DNA of 64,000 nucleotides from Mobula birostris (Eukaryota), in the NCBI RefSeq assembly GCF_030028105.1, contig NC_092374.1:178522057-178586056 (forward strand), given 5' to 3'. Below the pieces are notes generated by a model, which saw only the letters and a program-made list of their open reading frames with translations, made no database searches and was not told the origin of the DNA. Positions 12,740-25,189 of this stretch are shown here, piece after piece. Position 1 is the first letter of the stretch. Every line of letters begins with the position of its first letter. Position numbers and translations under genes: made by a program.

Positions 12740-15700
12740 CACGTAACAGGCCAATTTATGCTCTGTCCCTTTAATAGTAATTCCCCTGATATCTTCATTT
12801 TGTCTGATGCATTGAGCTAATGGTTCCAGATATAATGCAAAGAGTAGCAGTGACTATGCACAACCCTGTCTCGTGCCCCTTTCTAGGGTAAAACTATTAG
12901 ATAAATATCCATCGATTTTAACCCTGGCAGTAGGATTGTCGTATAGTGCCTGTATAGTTTTAATAATTGTGTCATGTAGACCAAATCTATGTAAAACTCT
13001 ATAGAGAAAATTCCAATTAACCAAATCAAATGCCTTTTCAGCGTCCACGCTTATCACTATTGCTTCAATTTCATTTCTTTTACATGATCCATAATGTGAA
13101 GTGTCCTTCGCATATTGTCTTGTGTTTGGCGTTGTTGTATGAAACCTGTCTGATCATTTTGTATCAGTGTGGGTAGAAACTCTTCTAATTGTTTGGCCGT
13201 GATGGAGGTAAATATTCTATAATCCACATTAAGAACAGATATTGGTCTAAATGACCCACATTCCATTTTATCCTTGCCTTCTTTCCATATAGCTGAGCTT
13301 ATCGCCTCCTTCCAGCTGGGTGGCATTTGTGCTTTTCTCAGGGCCCAGATCAGTTTGGGGAGTAAAGCAGGGATTAACTCACTTCTAAACTCTTCATACC
13401 ACTCTGCCGTATATCCATCTGATCCCAGTGACTTGCTTAATTTAAGCCTACTAAATGCAGTTTTTAGTTCAGCTTTAGTTATGTCAGCAGTCATCGTTCT
13501 ATTTTGTTCTTTGCTGAACGTGGGTAACTCTAAAGAATTCAGGAAGGTGTCAATTTGGGTTAAGTTTCCCCTGTAACTTTGGAATATAGAGTTTTGTAAA
13601 ATATTTCAAAAGCTTCATGAATATCACTTAGCTTATTCTTTTTATCACTTTTGTTCTTGGATCCCTACTTCTATGAATTGTATTTTCTGCTCCCTTTTTT
13701 TTTCAGTTTTGACGCCAGTATTTTCATAGATCTAGATCCACTTTCGTAGTGTCTCTGTTTCAGAAACATTAAATTTTTTTCTAATTTCTTGTGTAACCAA
13801 ACTATTAATTTCATTCCTAATTTTTAATTGCCTCTTGTATATCCTGTGCCAAACTCAATTTATGTTTTTTTCTAGTTCCTTCAGCTTATTTTGTAATTCC
13901 TCTAATGTTCTATTTTTTTCTTATATGAAGATATCGCTATAATTTTTCCTCTTAAGACAGCCTTCGGAGTATCCCATAGAATGGGAGGTGAAACCTCTCC
14001 ATTATCATTGAATTCTAAGTAAAGACCAATTTCCTTTATACTTTGTTCCTTAAAATAGGGATCATTGAGTAGACTTGCATTTAGTTTCCAAATAGTATTC
14101 TTTGGTTGTAGGTCAAAATCAACAGATAAATATATAGGTGCATGGTCACTTACATCTATTGTCCCAATTCCACAGGTGATTATTTTGTCTCTGTCTTTTC
14201 CAAATGTTATGAAATAGTCTATTCTTGTATATACGGAATGGGGGGGGCAGAATAATGAATGTAATCCCTTCTGTCGGTGAAAAGGTCCCTCCATATATCA
14301 ATTAGTCCAACATCCTCAAAAAGAGTGTTAACTTTCTTATGTAAGGACTTGGTTTCATAAGTTTTCCTATTGGAAGAGTCTAGCTTTGGTTGTAATTGTA
14401 AATTTAAGTCTCCCCCACATATCAAGAGACCTTCTGTTTCCGTTACCATAATATTAGTAATTTTCTGGAAGAAACTAGTATCAATTCCTGAGGGTGCATA
14501 TATATTCAATAAGGTAACTGGATTTCCACCTATATTCCCCTTACCAGAATATATCTGCCCTCCTTATCTCCCATTTTGAATACTTCTTCAAAAATTTAGC
14601 TTACTTGAGATGAGAATAGCAACTCCTCTCCTATGTCCTGATTTATATGAGGAGAAAAACAAATTAGTGAAGCCCATTCTCTTTAATTTTCCATGCTCAT
14701 TATCACTTAAGTGAATTTCCTGTAAATATACTACATGGGCTTGTTCTTTTTTCATTTTTGATAGAATTTTACTGCGCTTGACTGGATTCAACAGCCCATT
14801 GACATTAAAAGAAATGAATTTTACTTTGTCCTTAGCCATGTGTATTTATCTGTTAGTATATAATTGAAATTTGCAGAATATAACTTAATCGATCAACTCG
14901 CTGAACAAATAAGAGCCAAGAAATGCGAATAATAAAAAAAAGTTTATGAAGCTGTGATTCCAAGGCTGGGGTCTCTGGATGACCCTGGGTTGGGCTAGAA
15001 GAAAAGTCTAGCCATGGGGGATAGTCCCTCCTACCTGTGGGTTGAGGGCCCCCGCTGCAGTACATATAAAAGTAAGTAAAAAAAAACTACGTCCATTACA
15101 CAGAAATGATTTGCCTGTGTATTCTCCCATGTATATCTTCTCATTTAGGTGGGGAAAAAGGAATGAATAAATGATTTTTTTTAAATTGAGTAATATAAAA
15201 ACCACATTACAACACGTATTTCTCGAGATAGGTATATCACCGTCTATTTTTGCTTCTGTTTAGTTTATCAACACTTTTAATGTTAGCCAAACGTTATGGC
15301 TGTTCTGGAGGAGGTGAGGGTTGTCTTCGGAGAACTCACAGTCTCTTCCTAATATTCTTCTCTCGTCCTGTTCCTGTCCCCTGCTTTCTCGGTTCTCTTA
15401 CTATTTCCCAAGCAGTTCGGGACAACTGCTCAGCGAGACTTTCCCTTGGTTTGACCACGCTAATAGACAGTCCTCGGTTGTTCACGTCTGTAGACGCCTG
15501 GTACAGTCATATTCCTTCTTGGTAAAATACTCTCAGTTTAGCAGGGTACGGGGTTTGAAACTTAATCTTTTTGTCCTTCAATATTCGTTTCCCTTCGGAA
15601 TACTCCTTCCGTTTCTGTAGGACCACCGGGGGGTAATCATGATCGAAGTATGTTAACTTCCCGTTCCAAAAAACCCTCTTCTTACCCCAGGCCCTTCGTA

Positions 15701-16289
15701 GAATCTCCGCCTTGCTCTCGATTCGGAGAAATTTAAGTACAATGGATCACGGTTTACTTTGTCTGTCTCCGGCAGGCCGCTGGGCGAGAGAACGATGTGC
15801 CCTTTCTATTTCTACTCCATATTCGGGGGAATCTCCAGCGCTTCTCGCAGTAGCTTATCTACACAGTCCATCATCGACAATCCCTCTGCTCCTTCGGGAA
15901 CATTATAAATCCTGATATTTTTCCGTCGCGATCTTCTCTCCTGGTCAAGCAATTTACTTTCCTGTTGATTTAATATTTTTATCGTCTTACTTCGTATCTG
16001 TTCCACGTTTTGCACGCGATCTTCCAACTTCTCAATTCGAGTCTCTGCCATCGCTATATTCTGATTGACGTTGGCGAGCTCTGACTTTATATCATTGAGT
16101 TGCTGCTTTATATCATTTTGGACTCCACTTATCTCTTCCAGAATCTTCATCATATTTGCCGCTTCGCCTGCACGAGGCCCGGCTGTACCTCTCTCTTCCA
16201 TAGGCTCCGCAGTGGGGCTTTCTTTTTAATCTCCATTCTTTCTCCCCATTCTTGCCCCCCCCCCCGCTTATCAATTCAGATATAGAACA

Positions 16290-19200
16290 TAGAACACAGA
16301 ATAGTACAGCACAGTACAGGCCTTTCGGCCCACAATGTTGTACCGACTCTCAAACCCTGCCTCCCATATAAGCCCCCACCTTAGATTCCTCCATATACCT
16401 GTCTAGTAGTCTCTTAAACTTCACTAGTGTATCTGCCTCCACCACTGACTCAGGCAGAGCATTCCAGGCACCAACCACTCTCTGAGTAAAAAACCTTCCT
16501 CTAATATCCCCCTTGAACTTCCCACCCCTTACCTTAAAGCCATGTCCTCTTGTATTGAGCAGTGGTGCCCTGGGGAAGAGGCGCTGGCTATCCACTCTAT
16601 CTATTCCTCTTATTATCTTGTACACCTCTATCATGTCTCCTCTCATCCTCCTTCTCTCCAAAGAGTAAAGCCCTAGCTCCCTTAATCTCTGATCATAATG
16701 CATACTTTCTAAACAAGGCAGCATCCTGGTAAATCTCCTCTGCACCCTTTCCAATGCTTCCACATCCTTCCTATACAGAGGTGACCAGAACTGGACACAG
16801 TACTCCAAGCGTGGCCTAACCAGAGTTTTATAGAGCTGCATCATTACATCACGACTCTTAAAATCTATCCCTCGACTTATGAAAGCTAACACCCCATAAG
16901 CTTTCTTAACTACCCTATCCACCTGTCAGGCAACTTTCAGGGATCTGTGGACATGTACCCCCAGATCACTCTGCTCCTCCACACTACCAAGTATCCTGCC
17001 ATTTACTTTGTACTCTGCCTTGGAATTTGTCCTTCCAAAGTGTGCCACCTCACACTTCTCCGGGTTGAACTCCATCTGCCACTTCTCAGCCCACTTCTGC
17101 ATCCTATCAATGTCTCTCTGCAATATTTGACAATCCTCTACACTATCTACAACAGCACCAACCTTAGTGTCATCTGCAAACTTGCCAACCCACCCTTCTA
17201 TCCACACATCCAGGTCGTTAATAAAAATCACGAAAAGTAGAGGTCCCAGAACAGATCCTTGTGGGACAACACTAGTCACAACCCTCCAATCTGAATGTAC
17301 TTCCTCCACCACCACCCTCTGCCTTCTGCAGGCTAGCCAATTCTGAATCCACCTGGCCAAACCTCCCTGGATCCCATGCCTTCTAAATTTCTGAATAAGC
17401 CTACCCTGTGGAACCTTGTCAAATGCCTTACTAAAATCCATATAGATCACATCCACTGCACTACCCTCATCTATATGCCTGGTCACCTCTTCAAAGAACT
17501 CTATCAGGCTTGTTAGACATGATCTGCCCTTCACAAAGCCATGCTGACTGCCCCTGATCAGACCATGATTCTCTAAATGCCTATATATCCTATCTCTAAG
17601 AATCTTTTCCAACAGCTTTCCCACCACAGATGTAAGGCTCACTGGTCTATAATTACCTGGACTATCCCTACTACCTTTTTGAACAAGGGAACAACATTCT
17701 CCTCCCTCCAATCCTCCGGTACCATTCTTGTGGACAACGAGGACATAAAGATCCTAGCCAGAGGCTCAGCAATCTCTTCTCTCGCCTCGTGGAACATCCT
17801 GGGATATATTTCGTCAGGCCCCGGGGACTTATCTGTCTTAATGTATTTTAACAACTCCAAAACCTCCTCTCCCTCAATATCAACATGCTCCAGAACATCA
17901 ACATCATTCATATTGTCCTCACCATCTTCAAGTTCCCTCTCATTGGTGAATACCGAAGAGAAGTATTCATTGAGGACCTCGCTCACTTCCACAGTCTCCA
18001 GGCACATCTTCCCACCTTTATCTCTAATTGGTCCTACCTTCACTCCTGTCATCCTTTTTTTCTTCACATAATTGTAGAATGCCTTGGGATTATCCTTTAC
18101 CCTACTCGCCAAGGCCTTCTCATGCCCCCTTCTGGCTCTTCTCAGCCCCTTCTTAAGCTCCTTTCTTGCTTCCCTATATTCCTCAATAGACCCATCTGAT
18201 CCTTGCTTCCTAAACCTCATGTATGCTGCCTTCTTCCACCTGACTAGATTTTCCACCTCACTTGTCACCCATGGTTCCTTCACCCTATCATTCTTTATCT
18301 TCCTCACCAGGACAAATTTATCCCTTACATCCCGCAAGAGATCTCTAAACATCGACCACATGTCCATAGTACATTTCCCTGCAAAAACATCATCCCAATT
18401 CACACCCACAAGTTCTAGCCTTCTAGCCTCATAATTTGCCTTTCCCCAATTAAAAATTTTCCTGTCCTCTGTGATTCTATCCTTTTCCATGATAACTATA
18501 AAGGCCATGGAGCGGTGGTCACTGTCCCCCAGATGCTCACCCACTGAGAGATCTGTGACCTGACCCGGTTCATTACCTAGTACTAGGTCTAGTATGGCAT
18601 TCCCCCTGGTCGGCCTGTCCACACACTGTGACAGGAATCCATCCTGGACACACTTAACAAATTCTGCCCCATCTAAACCCTTGGAACTAATCAGGTGTCA
18701 ATCAATGTTAGGGAAGTTAAAGTCACCCATGATAACAACCCTGTTATTTTTGCACCTTTCCAAAATCTGCCTCCCAATCTGCTCCTCTGTATTTCTGCTG
18801 CTACCAGGGGGCCTATAGAATACCTCCAGTAGAGTAACTGCTCCCTTCCTGTTCCTGACTTCCACCCATATTGACTCAAAAAAGGATCCTGCTACATTAC
18901 ACACCCTTTCTGTAGCTGTAATAGTATCCCTGACCAGTAATGCCACCCCTCATCCCCTTTTTCCGCCCTCCCTATCCCTGTTAAAGCACTGAAATCCAGG
19001 AATATTGAGAATCCATTCCTGCCCTGGTGCCAGCCAAGTCTCTGTAATGGCCACTACATTATAATTCCATGTATGTATCCAAGCTCTCAGTTTATCACCT
19101 TTGTTCCTGATGCTTCTTGCATTGAGGTACACACATTTCAGCCCTTCTACCTTACTGTCTTTACACCATTTATTCTGCTTCTCTTTCCTCAAAGTCTCTC

Positions 19201-20602
19201 CGTATGTTAGATCTGGTTTTACTCCATGCACTTCTTTCATTGCTCTATTGCTCTGGGTCCCATCCTCCTCGCAAATTAGTTTAAACACTCCCGAACCATG
19301 CTAGCAAACCTACCTGCAAGGATATTGCTCCCTCTCGAGTTCAGGTGCAACCCATCCAATCCGTACAGGTCCCACCTTCCCCAGAAGAGATCTCAATGAC
19401 CTAAAAACCTAAAACCCTGCTCCCTGCACCAACTCCTCAGCCACGCATTCAACTGCCATCTCCTCCAATTCTTACCATCTCTGTCACGTAACACTGGCAG
19501 CAATCCTGAGAACGTCACCCTTGTGGTCCTGTTCTTCAGCCTCCTGCCTAGTTCCCGAAACTCACACTTCAGGACCTCATCCCTCTTCCTGCCTATGTCG
19601 TTGGTCCCACCATGTATCACAACTTCTGGTTGCTTTCCCTCTCGTACCAGGATGTCATGCACCCAGTCAGAGACATCCCGGACCCTGGCACCCGGGAGGC
19701 AACAAACCATGCGGGTGTCCTTCTCACGTCCACAAAATCTCCTGTCTGCTCCCCTGACTATAGAGTCTCCAATGACGACAGCTCTCCTCTTCTCCGTCCC
19801 ACCCTTCTGCACCACAGGGTCAGACTCAGTGCCGGAGGCCCTGCCACCGTGGCTCACACCTGGTCGGTCATCCCCGCCAACAGTATCCAGGACGGTAAAC
19901 TTATTATTCAGGGGAATGGCTACAGGGGTGCTCTGTACTACCTGTCTGCTCACCTTCGCTTTCCCCCCTCTGACTATCACCCAACAACCTGCTTCCGACA
20001 GCCTAGGTGTAACTACCTCCCTGTAGCTCTCATCTATGACTGCCTCATTCTCCCTTATGAGTCGAAGGTCATTGAGCTGCTGCTCCAGATTCCTTACACG
20101 GTCTTCCAGATCGCCCAGCCGTATGCACTTCTGGCAGATGTGACTCTGTGGGAGAGGGGCGTTCCCCCAAGACTGCCACATCTCACATGAGAGGCACATC
20201 AACATCTCCGGGGATATTGTAAAAACTAACTGCGAGCAACCTTGTCCTCTGCCTCTTCTCGTCGAAGCCTCTCGAGTCAAAGCCTCAAAGCTCCACTCCT
20301 TCACTGGCCCACTCGCTCACTGGTCACTTTCCACAGGCCGCTTTGCTTGAGCTATCCCTCTATTTATCTGTTTGAGCTTTTCAAAATGTTTGGTCACCTG
20401 ACCTCAACTGCCCAATCAGCTGCTTCCTGCTGAGTCTGAGCTATTCAAATCTTGATTGTCTAATTAACAGCTCACTGCTGATCTACTCAAATCTTGATTG
20501 ACTTGATTGCACAGACCAACTGCCAAAACTGCCAGAATCTCTCGAGTCAAAGCTCAAAGCTCCACTCCTTCACTGGCCCACTCACGCTCTGGCCGCTTTC
20601 CA
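16290..20602 (-). mobile_element. Near full-length CR1 LINE inserted in the L1 5' region
   Basis: ORF1 19393-20304 (CxxC/CxxC, zipper, GDSIVR...GTND SGNH esterase). ORF2 pieces 19288-16350 (YLNARSI, DFSKAFDKVP, FADDTK) with stops and a frameshift. ATAGAAC-type tail at about 16284-16300. Confidence 0.93.
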
Positions 20603-20742
20603 AAGATCTTTGATGTTCGAAAGATCTTAGATTTTCGAAAGATCTGAGATTTGATGCATTAACGGGGCAAAATATCCGTTTTTCCGGAGGACCTGTTGAT
20701 CTGAGCTGCCGTTCTGAACCGGAACCCTCCTCATTCTATTCC

Positions 20743-20978
20743 TATCCTCACTGTCACGTGGAACAGTCAGCAATCCTGAGATTTTACTACTCCTGAGGTC
20801 CTGCTCCTCAGCTTCTTTCCTTTCCCCTGTATTCTTTTCTCAGGACCTTGTACCTTTTCCTTCCAAAATCATTGACACCAATATGTATCACGGCTTCTCT
20901 CTGCTCACCCTCCCTTTTCAGGATATTGTGGACGCGTCCAGAAACATCTCAGACCCTGGCACCTGGGAGCCATCTGTG
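20743..20978 (-). mobile_element. Older CR1 ORF1 fragment (right half of the L1 host)
   Basis: Reverse complement encodes a degenerate LPGARV.DVS. Confidence 0.65.
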
Positions 20979-21636
20979 TGTAATGGCCTTTGCCCCAACT
21001 GACTCTCGTTGCCTAGGGTGAATAACCATCGACCCCGCCATACAGTGCAAATGCTTTGGTGCGGATACAGTGTGAGGCACCCAATGATCAGCCACGACAC
21101 AAATGTGAAACAATATACCAAGTGCGAGTAAAGAATTATACTTTATAGCAAGTTTTGGTGATGTGTTAGTAGCAACAACTGAAAGAAAAGGCGCCACATA
21201 AGTAACTTATCAGTCTAGTGCACATAATATTTTGATACGTTGGAGTTCACACCTCCGATTCCATCCACAACTTCCTTCCGAGACTCCGGCCACCATCCGA
21301 GCCCCCGAGGTCCGGTATCTGCCGCCCTGGAACCGCTGTCTGTTCGCCGCACGTCCGTCCTCTCTGCTCGCCTCCCGAAGAAGCCCGCGCTCCTCAACTC
21401 AGCACACACATACAAGATAACATAACATAACTTCCATTGGCTAACAAATGAATACAATTTCCATTATCACCAAGTATAACCCAAACATGTCATTACAGAG
21501 AACGCCTGGCTCAGCGGTTAACAGTACGAGAAGGCATTTTAGTATAATACTTCAGAGAAGCCACTTTGGTAATAAGTAATTAACAGTTAACTGTCCGTCT
21601 AGTATTACGGAAAGAACCCTATATTCTCCCCCCACC
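20979..21636 (-). mobile_element. Probable Gypsy-type LTR with adjacent polypurine tract
   Basis: Begins TGTAAT on +, about 650 bp, followed by CTCCCCCCACC (GGTGGGGGGAG on -) at 21626-21636; CpG-rich; interrupts the old CR1. Confidence 0.45.
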
Positions 21637-23419
21637 GAAATATTTCATGCCCTCATGATGCTCAGATAATTCGATGGATGGAGGCCCTGAGCTTAATTTG
21701 TAACACAGGCCCAAACATTGAACACATTGCTGCTCAGTTCAGAAATTCCCCAGGGGAGCAACACCTAGGGAGCATAGCTTTAAGTGAGAAACTTTGAATA
21801 ACGAAAGTGAAAGCCAATGGATATAGGCCAATGGCAAGCAAATGGAACGTGCTTAGATGGGCACCTTAGTCGGCATGGAGAAGTTGGTCCGAAAGGCCAA
21901 TTTCTATGCCGTTTTATTCTGACTTTCAAACAAAGTATTGGTTAATTGAGTGATCAAGTCGTACAGCACAGAAAAAACACTGTTCAATCCACCATTTCCA
22001 CACCAATTAGTGATCACCCATCCGTATTAATGCCACCTTCCACACTTAGCCTGTAGCTTCCGTATCTAGACAATTCCATATACTGTATCTAGACTCTCCT
22101 TGAGTGCTATCAATGGCTCTCTTTCCACCACTCTCTCAAGTAGTGCATTCCAGTATTCTCTTGGTGAAACCAAATATTTCTTACATCCTAAGTTAGCAAC
22201 AAAATAAATTGCCTTAGTGATGGGCAAGCCGGTCTGATTGGTTATTTCATTCCTGGGAGCTCAATAAAGAAATGATCCCAGTATGATCAGTCCAAAGGCA
22301 TTGTGTTCTTGATGGTCAGAAGATACACAGTGGCCAAGAATGTGGTCACACTACACCTTGTCAATAGTGGCCTTGTAATTTTCTTGGTACTGATATCCAC
22401 AAGCACAGGAAACCCAAGTCCAAAGTCAAGAACGTTTGACTTATCTGTAGACCAAGCCAAAGGCAAATGCCTTACCCCCTCTGCACTTTGGTGAAAAGAC
22501 TTGCTTCCAACCCAGTGTTTACAACAGTAATGTCTGTTAGTTCTGGTTTGTGTACTCATGAATCAGCATGGGCATTTAACCAAACTTTGCTCCCTTAGAA
22601 AGAGGCAGCATGGAAGCAGGTCCCTCACCACACCGTCCATGAGCATTGGACACCTGCTTTACACTAATCCTACTCTTACCCCATTTTAATCTTCCTATAT
22701 TCCCTATCAAGCTTCTCCATACCTCCCACTGACTTACACGCAATACACAGCGCCCTTTTAACCCACCAACTGCATGTTTTTGTGAGTAGTGAGGAAACCA
22801 GCGATCCTGGGACAAAGTGCAGTCACAGGGAGTACATGCAAACTCCACACAGACAGTACCGGAAGTCAGGACTGAACTTGGGTCTCTGGAGATGTGAGGC
22901 AGCAGTTGTAACTACTGCATCACTATATAGCCCAGAGCATTTGTAACATTGTGCAAGCTGGGTGAATTCAAAGGCCTGGAGGGATACTCCAAGTTTATTT
23001 CATTTACTTCTATTTTCTGTCTAACATTTAATTTTCGGTCAACAAACAACTAGTCCATGATCCCTGATTATGCAATTATCACAGAATCAAAGAAGTGTAG
23101 AGTACAGAAATGAGGCATTTTGGCCCATTTCCTTCGCACCAACCCATGGTGCCTATCTACAACAATCCCATGTACCTACATTAGGCAACTACCCCTGTAT
23201 GCCTTTCCTAATTAAGTGCTTGTCCAAGTTCTTTGAAATGTTGTATCTGCCTCCATCATTCTGGCTGTTCATTCCAGATATTCAGCAATCTCCGTACGAA
23301 ACACTTCCTCCGAGGATCTCCTTTCATTGCCTTTCCTCTCGCTTTGAAACTGAACCTTCAAGTTCCATATTCCCTGTGTGCGTCTGGCACCTTCTGTGTC
23401 AACTTTCTTCTCATTTGAG

Positions 23420-23720
23420 ATCATAGAAACATACAAACCCCACAGCACCATACAGGCCCTTCGGCCCACAAACCTGTCCTTACCTAAGAAATTACCTAGG
23501 GTTACGAATAGGTCTCTGTTTTTCTGAGCTCCATGTACCTGTCCACGAGTCTCTTGAAAGACCCTATTGTATCTGCCTTCACCACTGTCGCCGGAATCCC
23601 ATTCCACACCCTCACCACTCTGCGTAAAAAACTTAGCCCTGACATCTCCTCTGTACCTACTTCCAACACCTTAAAACTGTGCCCTCCCATGCTAGGCAAT
23701 TCATCCCTGGGAAAAAGGGA
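23420..23720 (-). mobile_element. CR1 3' fragment
   Basis: FLRRVVRVWNGIPATVVKADTIGSFKRL..YM (ORF 23502-23699). Confidence 0.8.
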
Positions 23721-24439
23721 TCATTGGAGTAAATTTCTCCTTCCTCTGCAGAACTCCTGAACTTATAATCTCAGACTCTATCCTCATGGCAGTTGCGTGG
23801 GGGTTCTCAGCAATCCTCTAGATAAAATTTGCCCAAATCTTCCAAAACTTACCAAGCAATGAACTGGGAAATAGACTATTCCCAGGCTGAGGAAGTAACG
23901 TACTCTTCCACTCACTGATAACAGGACACTGTGTGGAGAACGGATTACTCTTAGTCTGGAATTCTAGCTGCCAATTCCAGGCCAGAGTCTCCCAAGACAA
24001 GTACAACAGGCCACTTACCTGAATAGGAAAAATGAAATGGAGATACAGGAGACTATGGATGCTCGAACGTGGAGCCACAAACAAACTACTGGAGGATTTC
24101 AGTGGGTGGGGCATCTGTGGAGGGTGTAGGAGGAACTGGCTAGTTTAGGAGGAGAGACAACAAGAACCAGGACAAAGCAGATTGTCTTAACTGAGGAGAG
24201 GTAAGAAGAACTTCCCATTCAGTTTAATTAAGATGGTGACTATGATTCTAATAATGTGTGGGTTCAACTTTCTTGACTTCTATAATTAAACAGTCTATAA
24301 TCCAGCACTCTTAGGTTTTCAGTGGTATCAGACCAACGGATATTTCAGAGTTTTGGATATTACTCCTATCAGCTCCTAAACATATTTTTTCACATGTTAC
24401 ACATGGGATAATACATTTTCCAGTGATCCCAGGGAGTTT

Positions 24440-24830
24440 ATAGGCAGTAGGATGTGGAGACTGGAGAGAGTACATGAGAGGTCTGCAGGATACTGCCTGG
24501 ATTAGAGGCTATGAACTTTAAGGGAAGGTTAGATAAAACTTCTTTTTACCGTAGAGCATCAAAGACTGAGGTGAGAACTGATTGAGGTGTTTAAAATTAT
24601 GAGAGGAATAGATAGGTTGGACAGTCAGAATCTATTCCCAAAGGTAGCAATATCAAATGCCAGAGAGCATACTTTCAAGGTTAGGGGGAGAAGTTTTTTA
24701 CAGAGATTGGTAGGTGCTTGGTTATTAGAGATAGTAGATGAATCAAGCAGTTTGATGGGGTTTAAGGACCTAGGTAGGCATAATATGAAGGGTATGGATT
24801 ATACACCAGAGGAGGGCATTTAGTATGAAC
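24440..24830 (+). mobile_element. CR1 3' fragment (old)
   Basis: FKIMRGIDRLDSQNLFP...FKVRG. Confidence 0.75.
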
Positions 24831-25189
24831 TAGCACATCTTCATTGGATGAATGGCTTATCCATTGTTCTATTCATACAGTCAGTCCGAGACCGTTTTCC
24901 AGGCAGAAACCAAACCTGCTTATGATGTTGGGGATGGGCATCAATGGAGTCTGCGGAGAGAATTTGTTTTGCAATCCTAGTGAACTTTATCTCAACATGA
25001 CAGTCTATGGGGCAAGTGAATTAACAATTGAGGCGTAGGGTTAATGATGGGGTACAGGGGTGGCAGTGCAGCCAATACAAAGTTCCTTCTTCTATCACAT
25101 GTGGAGGGGCTGCGAAACAGCTTAAATTCTTCTCTTTAATGTCTCTTTTTACCTCTTTAAGGTGGCTGGGGTTCTGTTGTATTCTGTGA

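Larger units (their letters stand above)
10111..20726 (-). mobile_element. Full-length L1/Tx1-type LINE (decayed), interrupted by a solo LTR and a CR1
   Basis: ORF1 15812-16201 (coiled coil + RRKNIRIYNVPEG). ORF2 endonuclease 14839 (FISFNVNGL, VVYLQE) and RT (FRPISVLNVD, DAEKAFD, RQGC, YVDD). Poly-T at 10111. 16-bp TSD CTCCTCATTCTATTCC at 10095-10110 and 20727-20742. Confidence 0.92.

Noticed and set aside
21803-21813. IRF-type site GAAAGTGAAAG
   Set aside because: It lies in a decayed CR1 tail far from either start site and is expected by chance
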